Notes under the pieces: model-generated | Told to the model about the DNA's origin: nothing | The model's database searches: none | Seen by the model: only the letters and a program-made list of their open reading frames with translations | Shown: positions 21,659-33,600 of the stretch, in pieces | How the letters are laid out: every line of letters begins with the position of its first letter | Numbering within the stretch: the first letter of the stretch is position 1 | NCBI RefSeq assembly: GCF_035084215.1 | Contig: NC_090346.1 | Span: forward strand, 14,384,001-14,448,000 | Source: Heptranchias perlo | Taxonomy: Eukaryota | Direction: 5' to 3' | Length of the DNA stretch: 64,000 bases | Translations under genes and position numbers: made by a program

Positions 21659-24600
21659 CTGGAAAAGAAAAAATACATCTAAAACCCAGGTAAGATTTGA
21701 TGTGCTCTTGAAGGTAGCTGGCTGTTCCTTGTTGGTTTAACCCGTTGCCATGCACCATCAAATTGGTGAGAACATGGGCAGCCGACCTGCTCCCACGCCA
21801 CTGCCAATGCCCCTCGAGGCAGCTGTCAGAGGGCACGGGAGAGTCGCCCAGTGAGACTCACCTGCCAGTTTTCCTTCCCTTTGGGAAAGTGTGTTGACTC
21901 TGTTTAGCCTCTTTCCCAATGGCACAGCCAAGCCTGTGAACTCACCTCTGTGGAGAATCACCAGAGCAGCATGTTGGTGCTCCAACCTCTCCGCCCTCAC
22001 TGATTATTTCTAGGGTTTATGAACAGACAACATGATAAGAAATCCTGAATGTATGTATTAACACACTTTATGAGCTTAGTATATTAAAGGATGATCTACA
22101 ACATACTGCTTTACCTGATAAACTACAGCTAAGATATCAGATCAGCAACTCACCTTCACTTGTTACTCCTTCTTCTGCATCATCTCCCTTCTGAAATTAA
22201 AAAATAAGTCATTATGACACCAGTCATGGCCTTCCCACAGCTAGAGGATATCCCATGGATATCAACAAAATTAGACATGTCTAGAACATTTCAGTTTAAC
22301 TTCTTCCCCCCCCCTCAAAGATCTGAAACCGAAGTTAGTACAGTTCTTGAAAAAAAAATCTGTAACAATTTGAGTTTTCTTTTCAATAATTTAGATGATT
22401 ACTCTTACCACACTCACCCTACATGATTATTAAGAGAATTGTGTAACAAAAGAATGTCATACCACCAACTGGTTCAAAACAACCCACAAAAGCATGCACA
22501 CGCATACTGTAAGCAAACCAGTGTAGATAGATTTTAGAGACTAGGAGACAAAGCTGAAATCTCCAGCCACTTTTTCTTTATTTAAAGAGATAAAATTGTA
22601 TAAAGTATTATTATAATAATAATAATAATGTAAAGAGAGAAAAGAGATTTTGTAACCCGGAGGTGAATTTGGAGGTATTATACAGTTTAATCTTTTTCCT
22701 TCCAAAAGGACAAAGCAACATTGCTGGGGTACAGTCTTTGTAATACATCCTACACATAATCTCCATGAGGACAAACGGTTAATATTGGGGAAATGTCAGG
22801 AGTGAGACTAGTATGATCAAGGAGAGCGAGACAAGATCAGAAACTCATTTAAATACACGGGGCTCTGTTTATTATGTGATCTACATCTACGAAACTCAAA
22901 TTTTTAAACCAGACTGAGCAAGTTTCATTCCAAATGACTTTTTGCTCTAGGGCAGGATAATGACCCCATGTGTATTTGTACTATGAAACAATGGAGGCAG
23001 GGAACAGCAGCACTGGGTGTTTTTGTGCCTCAATCACTGTGCCAATAATCAGTCTCTCTTTCTCTTCCACCGTTCCCCCCACCCCGCCACCCCCACCTTA
23101 AAAAAAATTAAACCAGCAAATCCCTTGAATTATCAGAAACTTTCAACAGGATGTGTTATAAATACCCCAACAGTAGTTTTAGGACTTCAGTCTAATTATG
23201 TCTACAATTAGTCTGTGAACAGTGGATGCAATATGAGGAGAAACATGGTTCTCACCTGGATCTCACTTTGGGATAAGGGTGTTGTAATCACAAGCAAGGG
23301 CGCACACGCGCGCATACACACAAGCAGATGCAGTTTATGTCACAGTAGTTATAAAAAAAAATGTACATGGTTTTCAGTAGAAAACTAAAATCTAGGGGGT
23401 ACACAAAAACATTCATGCATGGTTTTTGAACGTCTAACTATAAGAGTGACTTGTACATCAGTAAGATTTACAGGATTTTTTTTTAAAAAAGCAAAATAGT
23501 AGCAATAAAATAGTGAGAGTGAATTAAACACTCGGAATGTAACAGGAAATTGGAGTGGGAGGATGGAAGTTATTCTAGAGCACTAATGGCAACTAGTGAA
23601 CCAAATCTAGATACACAAAGCTCTTGGATCATTCAGTTTTTAAGAAATACAAGAATGGGCAATAGATATACAGGAAACAAAACTGATTCAATACAAATGG
23701 TACAATATTTATCAGCATGAACTCCTTTGTTCAGTTCTGCCATTAATTATTTCATACTTGAGTCTAAGGTTAGCGGGCTTGTTGCCCTCTTTTGCTCCCT
23801 TAGGGGGTTCCCTCCAGACCACATACTTCCTGTGGGCAAGAAAGCAGATGGGTAGCCTGTTCCCAAGCCACAGTTTTAGGTCTTCAGCCTGATTATGACT
23901 ATAATCCATTATCAGTCTGTAAGGCATGAATGCAATTTGAGGATAAACAGGGCATTGCACCCAAATCTCACCCCAGGAAGCACAGGCAAGAGCAACCTCA
24001 TCATGAAAACTCTCCATCCAATTTCCCCCCTCCTCACCCCCAACAGAGACGCACCTGATCTCCACTAAGGACTTCTCTGCAACAGCTCGCTGGGATTGGG
24101 AACTCAGTGGAGGGTGGTGGTAGAGCAGAGTGAGTACAGGTCAAGCCTGCAACTCACCACTTTGTGGTGCCACTACTCCAGAGATCTAATGTCTAAGTAT
24201 TGTAAAGTGATACACATCACCTGGGAGCCATCTGTAAAATATTACTCCCCCTGCACAAGACATTGCAAAAAAAAATGCTCTTGCACTTCAACTTTCTCTC
24301 CTGCCTCCACTAAGTGTGTAACCAATTTACAACTGAGTTGTAACTTTATTCTGATAATTAGGATAAATATTTCAGTATGCATCAACTTGGACAGAGAACT
24401 GATTATAGAATGAGCTACACAAGAATTCTTTCATCTGCATTAGCACCCCCATTCCTCTAGAATAAATCAGGCTGTAACAGTATTAATCATTCAAAAGAGA
24501 TGTCAATACTAAAATGAGGTAGTTCGGCTTATTCTGGGAACATGGGCTTTTCCCATGAATTAATTACTCCTTTGTTTAGCTCACATGAATACTAGGACAA

Positions 24601-27600
24601 TGTACACATTATGTGACGTAGACATTTTTTCAGAATCCACTTCTCCCTCCCCTTTTTCTATATCCCCACAGAACAGATTCTTCCAGGGGTACAATTCCAC
24701 AGGCATCAAGAGCCCTCCAGTACTTCACCCAAATGGCCACGATTAATGCCTCACCCTGTAAGGTGACTATCAATCGGCTATTTCATCGTGGACTACATCA
24801 CAGTTGAACCAGATCCTGTTTTCAATGAACTTCCATGCACGTGCACTTTCCAGGATTCGATGGAGAGGAGTCAGGAGCAGGAACCCTGGCTGATCTCTAA
24901 CCCTGGGGTACTTAGGCTAACTCTAGCACACCCGCCAACAATAGCTGAAATCAGAATCCACTTTCTGATCATTATTGGCTCCAGTTCTAAAAGCACGGAG
25001 CACAATACATCTCGGATCAGATTAAATCTCTCTGATTAGATTACGTCAGCACTCCAAGCCTCTGCTGATGTTTTCGAAGCAATTATATTGCCAAAGCATC
25101 ATGCAAAATTGTCAATCAGCAGCTCAATGGACCTGACATAAACCAATAGGACGCATCTTCGTTCACAAAATAATAAAATGTAAACTTTGATAAAATCTGA
25201 ATTATAATTTTTTCTCCCCAATGTACTCCACAATTTTTTTGATTTGCTGATTTATACAATTAAATCAACTTTTTGCAACAAAAAAAAAGTTTCCGCAGTG
25301 GGAAACATTTTCAAAACTCAATTGTGCAAGTGCACTGGAGCCAGAATGCAAAATACATCTAATTTCTTCTCTCTCTCCCCCACCCATCAACGTTAGTCAT
25401 CATACCCCCGCCACCAAACCATTTGGAAAGTGGGACAGCACAGACTATAATTGCCCCCGTAGACATCATGAACACTGTAGATTATGCATCCTGGCGGACC
25501 ACACATATGGCAGGGGCAGACTTCCCTTCCCCCAACAGATGGCTGGGCAAAATTTCAGCGAGTGACTGGAGATCCTTTTGCCAACCAATACTTAAAGAAC
25601 AGGATGTAATTCAAATCATAAGTCTATGTATTGCATATTTTAATGAGTTTGTTCTTTTTTTTTTAAAAAAAAGGAAAGGAGAAAATACAATTTTACTAGA
25701 AGCATCATTCATAATATGTTTTCACTCCTGATGTAACAATGGGGGGCGGGGGAGGGAGGCAGAGCAGTAATGAGAAAAGTTCAACCCAAAACAAAAAATA
25801 GCAAAAAGCCCCATACCACATCAGTGCTGAGCCATTCTTCAACGTCGTCCATGAGAGACTGTGCGACAGGAATCTACACAGCGGCGGGCAAACCAAACCA
25901 GACAACCAAAGTACAACACAACACAGAAAATAAAAAGGAAGAACAAAACTTAAAATGGGAATGCAAAAATTCAAAATTCAAAAAAAAGGACAACACTGCA
26001 CAGAAATATAATCACAGTGATAACAGGATTCATATCAAAAACACACCAAGATCCAGCCATGAAAAAGTACATGAACCAACAGGCCCTCTAATGGCATCTT
26101 TAGGAGACACAAAAAGGACCCTCATAATGAGGAATACATTACAGAGAAAATATTTTATATAGCTACTCTTTTTTTTAAAGTTTTCTTCAGAAAAGAAGAT
26201 ACATATTTTGTGAAGCCACTCAGTATTTATACAAGAATATATGGGTGTCATCAGTACACACATTGGGAGCAGGGAGTTGGGATCATTTGCCGACAGTCCG
26301 TGGAGCTTAGCTGTGTCAGGGGGATATCGAGTCCCTTGCCTTCTTGGTGATGGGCCTTGTAGAGTTGGGTCATTGCTCTTTGTGTTAGCTTGTAGCCTTA
26401 TTCTGGGGCATGGTCTGGGTATGTGTGGGAAGTGACTGGGTTTCCAGGAAAGGGCTCTAGGCTGCCTGGTACTCCCTGAGTTGCCGGTGGAGTCTGTGTT
26501 ATAAGGTCACTCAATCAGAGGCACAGTCTTAAAGGGGATGTGGGTGGTACAGCACTTTGGAGCTCTAAAGCACCGTGCTAAGGAGTATACGGCATGCATT
26601 CTCAGATTCCCACACAGCGAGTTTCCAGTCCCAGCCATGATGTTAGGAGAGGCATGATGAAGCAACAAAGCACTTTGACAGAAAGGGGAGCTTTCCTGTT
26701 AAAAAGTGAGTAAATCAGAAGGTAGTGTGTCCAATGTCAGAATTTTCTAGTGTGGGGGGTTATACAGAGGTTTTATACAGTTTCTCCAAAGATGGAGCCA
26801 TAAACAGTTATTGAAGGTTACCGCATATTCAGGTAATTACAATGAATGTATAGGGAAAGAAATATATAGACCTTGGTTCAAAGATGTTGTTAATCTGCTC
26901 CTCACGGAGGTAAGTATCAATTCAAGAAATAGACCTTAGTGTTTAATTGTAATAAAAACACAAAGTTCTTCAAATTCAGGAAGTTTTCACTCTTAATCAT
27001 CTTATTAAGCAATTAGTTCACTAGGCTGTGCGAATATTAGCACATGAATGAATACCTTCCCATGAAATTCCTTTTTCTACTATTTTCATGGAGAGATTAA
27101 CCCATTGAAAATAATTGTGCGCTAAAGTTTCCATTGTGTAGCTTCAAGACTTGAATTACTATAGTTCTTTTATTTTGAGGTTCATCATTGAAAAGGTTTA
27201 AGAAAATCAGGGATTAAACGACCATCGCAGAGACAAGGTTTCTTCATTCATGATTTCAGATGTGCCAAGATTTAAACCTGCTTCGCAGCAGCACCAAGAT
27301 AACATTCCTCATGGACAATGCTCAGTTGTAGTATCCCCCTTTTGCACAGCTGCACAAATGGCAACAAGGAGACAAATGCAGCGTATGCTGCACAAATTTC
27401 GATCAGATCCTGCCCTGGAGTACAGAATTATCTTACTGCAATTTTTCAGTATTATGGAAAAAAATTAAAGCTCACAGCAATATTTCTTTTGCAGCCAAAT
27501 CAGTGCACCTCAAATCAGTGACTAAAGATTTTGGGGGTGAAACTGGTCTTGGGTATTAGGGCAAAACTCACTCTTAATGAATCAGCTGCCCATTTTACAC

Positions 27601-30600
27601 TGTGCCCAATTTTCTTTTCCATTGCAGTGTAAAACTTGCTGCCAATTTGCTATGAGCACGTTTCACACTACTAGTGGGGACTAATTTTACCCGTTGAGTA
27701 GATTTGTAAACATTTGGAAAAATTACAGCCTACAAAAAGGGATATTTTAGCCTCCAACTATGACCAGTAAAGCATTTAAATTGGGGAAAACAGCAACACA
27801 GTGTTACAGGTCTCAGGGTATAGAATTCAACTGGCATATATAAAAAGGAACAAAAGACAGCATCAGATAGGGGAAGATTCAAAAGGCCAGAGAGTTCTTG
27901 AAGCAGAAATTGTTAGTCACCACAAAGAGTTATCATTTTTGACCCATGTTTAGAAATCACATCAGTTTATAACTCAGGGTCACATCTTCCAGGGATGACA
28001 ACTTTTAACATAGCTGTTATATCGGAATAGCCACCCACTAATATTTTTTTTGAATAGCAAAACATACAGATAATGCTATGTAATGTTCCACTCATCAAAC
28101 ATGGATATTCTTTGGGTGCAGGTATCAAACTACCAAGGGTCACACATCCTCTTCCTCCCTGTGCCCCTCTTCCATTCAGGTTCACAAACCAGCTATGTAC
28201 CTCTGCGACCAAGAGCAATTTGAGCCCAGATCTCCAGCGTTCTTAGCTAGATGCTTGGAGATGCACAAGCGCAGCCGATGAAATCACCCTGCCCCATTCT
28301 CCCTTCTGTTTGTGGGGAGATGCCTTGGCTATACTCAGCATCTCCCTGTGCAGCACTGCTGGAGATTGGGAGTCCAGTGGAATGGGGAGACAATATTTTA
28401 TCCCTGCACTCGCATGCTGGTGCAGAACGCCATCCACGTAAACACATATTAGACTCAGTAATGAGGAAACGGTAACTGGGAAGTGATCTTTGTAGCTCAA
28501 GGCCAATGAAATGTTGTACAGCTCACAACTAAAAACTAGAAACAAAAACAGATTCTGAGCACTGAATGCGTTTGAGATTAATATAATTCTTTAAGGGCAT
28601 TCTTTATAGCTTTCACAAAATAGTCCAATCTCTAGCACTTAGGACAACTTAACATTATCATGACTGTGGAATATCACCATTTTAGATTCAAAAGACCCAG
28701 AAAATTTGGTTGAATAATTCTGACTTCCAAATATATTTAGACCCAAGTCACATTAATTTAATTAAAAGCTTGGGTTGTAATTGGAGCACTAAAATGATTA
28801 ATATTTTGGGAATATTACATGTCCTGGGTTTTTACAGTTTTGTTGTAGTTACTTTATCTCCTCCCTCTCCCCCACCCCCACCACTAATTTTCTCCTTTTC
28901 TGAAGACGGTGACTGTTGCAGGACACAGATAGCCCCCAGTACCTCAACCAAATTGCCATTCTTTGTGTTGGCAGGCTAATATTCCATACAGGGAATCAAA
29001 GACAAGCCTTTGTGGCACCCTCAACTGCTACCTCAGCTGAGATCAGCTATAGCAGAGACCAGAAATCAAACTTGGGACCTTCTGGCCTGTATGGTGTACG
29101 GTACAGAGTGCTGTTTTTACCAACTACTAAACCATTGGCATGCTATCATTTCAGGAGCCTTAAGTGAGGCTCATTAAATCAATTCAACATTGTGGACTCC
29201 AGTGGACCTGATCCATCGGCATTGACTCTCAGAAGGGCACCTCCACAGTGATCTTCCATGTACTCGTATACATCACAAGGCTCTGTGCATACACAAATAT
29301 CCATTATCTATGCCATTATTTCAATTTTGTGAAGTGGATTCCACAAAACCCCAGTCAGAGTTCACAATTGCTCTGCCTCCAAGTTGGTCCCAGCATAAAA
29401 TCAACCTTGGGGCTCAGTTACTTTACTGGGACGGATTTGAAACGCAGAACCAGCTGCATTTACACTATCAATCGGGAATCAGATTTAGTTGTACATCAAG
29501 TTCATTGCAACGACTCCTGTATGAAGGAAGTGCAAGATCTGTGCTTGTGTGAGAGAAGTGACCCAGATTCCATCTATGTAGATGATTATGAAGATTGATC
29601 TTTTGGGAAGGAAACAAAAAAAGTCCAATTTAAAGTACACTGTTGAATTGTGAAGAACACAGCATCGTTGAATTAGGAAAGAGGTGAGCGCTAGAGAAGC
29701 TGAGGGCTGATTAACGATGGAGTGGGGAAGGTAAAAATCTGGGAAGTAGAAAACAAAATAGGTTGCAATCAAATACAACAGGAAATAACATTTTTTCTCA
29801 AGGGAAATGTATTGTTAATGATTATTGTAATATTCAATGTAAAATATCAGTTATTTTATATTTTTGCTTCTAGGACCTAGACAATTAGTAGGCTTAACAG
29901 AGTTAATAAATACTACGTTAAATCTTGTTAGGTTGCATTCCAAGCTGGACAGTAAAAGACCAATTGATTCACAGCCTAAATCAGAAGATGACGAATGCAA
30001 TCGCTGCACAAAAAGAACATGGAAAGCAGGGTGCACAACACAAAGTCTGGCAAAAAAAACATTCTCTCCTCCCCCCAGAAAAATGAACATAGGTTTCTGC
30101 ATTTTCCGTTGGCTCATCTGTACCATACAGTCGACTTTTATTAGTTTTCCCAAACATCTATACAATCTGATAACAGCCGCTATCTGTTGGCCTTTATGGT
30201 TCTACATGAAATGAGTCCAAGCTAGTGGGAATGGGCTGACAGCACAACGCTCCCTGTAATTCAGGTACCAATCTCACCCATAGTGACCACAAAGCCTGCT
30301 GGTGCGGGAAGTGGAAAATTCAAGCAGGCAGTGCTAAAACACGTTGTTGGAGTAAAGAGAAAGTCACTTGGCAGCTGGCTGTGCTACCCTTAATGCTGAC
30401 AATGGATGACAAACTGTGCGAGAGGTCTTCCGCAATAAGCCCCTTCACGCTAAGGAGTGTAAAAATGAACCCTAACAGAGAGGAGAAAACACAGGAAAAA
30501 GAAACTCCCATTTGGTACTGCATGCCTTGTGAACATCTCATGTATCACACAGTTTGCTGTTGGGCTATCATAAGTGATATCCAAGATTAGGACAAGCTGT

Positions 30601-33600
30601 CTTTCCTATTGGAAGAGTCAGTATTAATTGATAGAAGTAGAGAAGCCACACAATTCATGTACTGTACCTCTCCAGCACAGTGCAATCTTCAATACAAACA
30701 GCTCTTATTCAAGGAATGGTATCAGAGAAAGATTGCAGCACGGAAGGAGGCCATTCGGCCCATCGAGTCCCACTCCCCCGCCCTATCCCCGTAGCCCTGC
30801 AAATTTTTTTCTTTCAACTACTTATCTAGTTCCCTTTTGAAAGCCACGATTGAATTTGCCTCCATCGCCCCTCCCGCACCCACGCATTCCAGATCCTAAC
30901 CACTCGCTGCGTAAAAAAGTCTTTCCTCGTGTCACCTTTGGTTCTTTTGCCAATCGCCTTAAATCTATGTCCTCTGGTTCTTGTCCCTTCCGCCAATGGG
31001 AACAGTTTCTCTCTATCTATTCTGTCTGGACCCTTCATGATTTTGAATACCTCGATCAAATCTCCTCTCAACCTTCTTTGTTCCAAGGAGAACAACCCTA
31101 GCTTCTTCAGTCTATCCACGTAACTAAAGTCCCTCATCCCTGGAATCATTCTAGTAAATCTTTTCTGCACCCTCTCTAAGGCCTTCACATCTTTTCTAAA
31201 GTGCGGTGCCCAGAACTGGTCACAATACTCCAGCTGTGGCCGAACCAGTGTTTTATAAAGCCTTGTTTTGACTTCCTTGTTTTTGTATTCTGTGCCTCTA
31301 TTTATAAAGCCCAGGATCCCGTATGCTTTTTTAACCGCTTTCTCAACCTGCCCTGCCACTTTCAACGATTTGTGCACATATACCCCCAGATCTCTCTGTT
31401 CCTGTATCCCTTTTAGAATTGTGCCCTCCAGTTTATATTGCTTGGCACAAATAGGTTTAGATCTATTCACGTTACACTGTAAGGATGCACACATCTACCT
31501 GATGCTCAAGCTTGGTCTTTTACTATCAGTGTTGGATCAGTAAGGATGTTGTTGGGGGGGGGGGGGGGGGGAGGGAGGGAAGGGAGGTTGTGCTTTTTTT
31601 AATATAAGTATAGCAGGGTACAGCAAATCAATGTGGTGAAAGCTCACCATTCCTTGTGTCATGAGCCACTTGTCTATAGGCTCGATGTCTGGATTGCCAG
31701 CTCTAATGCTCAGCTGCATCAGTTACAGAACATTCCCACAGGCCCAAGAAAGGAGAAGACAAATTAAAGAGAAATCCACATAAGATTACCGTAGAATATC
31801 TTTAGCACACCCTTGCTGCACACTGCTAAGCTTTTTTCAAAAAAAAACTTAAATACATGCACAAAGGTAATGACCTTCAACTCCAAAGTAATAAAAATAA
31901 CAGATAGTTATGCATGGATTACAAAAGAAAGTCATTCGCTTGTTTGAAGTTGATACCAGGCCAAAAATAAAGAACCTCTTACTTGCCTTAGTAACATTCC
32001 CCAGCCATCATTTATCTAGTATGCCCACTGGCAAAACGATGGGTTTACCGAGATTTAGAGTGAAAATTGATTGGCCTAATAAGCGGATTACGTGGTCGAA
32101 CAGAACAATGCATTAAGAAACAAATGCACGTATGTAAGCTTCTGAATATCCATCAAAAACAGCGCAAATTTGTGCACTTGAACGGGAAGCGCTGTGCACT
32201 CATCCAAAATATTTTAACACTGGTTAATAGCAGAAGAATCAGGACTCCGAAAGTGTGGATTTAACTGTGATGTGCATTTAACTGATGTGCACTTGAGTGG
32301 GCTTCAGTGTATGTATGTAGTTTTTTTTCCAAAAATGCCCCTTATACAAATTTATTTGCAAATTGCTGTAGTGAAGATTTCCTTTTGTTCTGGTTCTCAA
32401 TCACTAGAGAAAAAAAATCTAAGCAATTCTCCGTGAAACATTTATAAAAATATTTGCACATATGTGTATTCTTATACAACTGTGCCAGAAACAGACCTCA
32501 CAATGCACCTTCACATGCCGAGGAGCATGTTACTAAGTCAAGCTTGCATAGCTCAACTTAGCAGCTGATGTGGTCTAGGATATTAAAAACAATACTTGAA
32601 TACAGTTCTGTGCTCCAATTAACCCATGAGGACTACAGCAGCATTTCTGCACCAAACTGTGTTCACAGTACCAGTTTACCCACAGATGATTGTGAATTGA
32701 ACAAGGCTCAGAGTCCATTCACTTCTCAAGTTTCACTTTAGCACATTCGACATGGCTAAGATTCATGTCCTCTATTATTCAGAGGTACGTGCATCATGGT
32801 GTGATCTGTACAGACCAAGCAAATTCCAGGTTCTCTCTCCAAGTCTGTGGTGTCTTACTAACTCAGCTGGTGAAGTGGTGTGAACACTACAATTAGCCCA
32901 AGTGCTCAGTGCTCCTGGGATTGGGGGTTGGGGAGGAGCAGGTCAGCCACAGTTCTTCAGTCTGATCACTGTCTAATGACCTCTGCTGGAAGGACAGTGT
33001 TACATCGAAACTACAGCACAGAAACAGGCTGTGTTGCCCTCCCCTCCAAAAATCAATTAATCTGCCGGCGTTCACTTCTCATACATAGAGAATTGCTACA
33101 TGGATGAGGTATCAGAGAGCTGCCGCTACCCAAGCACTAGTTGCTGTGTTTAGGAGAGGTGGGGTAAGGAGAGAAAGTACGAGGGAGGGGAGAAGAAGAG
33201 CTCAAAAAGTCCCTCCAATTAGGAAAATAAAATGCTTTTCTCAATAAAATCATTTTAAAAAAAACTGCATCACATAATAAAGCACACTCTGGAGCATTAA
33301 TACTATTCACTCTAATTGATAAAAAGTGGGGAGGGAGTGAACACACTAACAAAAACTCATGGTTCAGAAAGCACTGCAACATCAGCCTTGGATTTTGCTG
33401 TTCTCTTCCATTACTTTGCTTCCCCTCTTCCTCCAAAACCTATCCATTATTCTTAAAATGAAACGCATTTTGGTGCAGAAATACAACTGCAGTCCTTGAA
33501 ACAGCTTGATTAAATGGATTTGAATTTTTGATTTGCTGATGTATTTCAAACATTATCATTTTGCAGAGCAAGATTTCAGCCATCAAGATTGGTTGCCTTT

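Noticed and set aside
21659-21836. Upstream part of ORF 21507-21836
   Set aside because: Intronic read-through upstream of the acceptor at 21658.
29500-29573. Possible alternative terminal exon [23 protein letters not shown]
   Set aside because: Weak acceptor and no homology; cannot be supported.
31553-31589. Poly-G / G-quadruplex-like tract near the cassette exon
   Set aside because: G-rich on the template strand; a simple homopolymer common in this genome.
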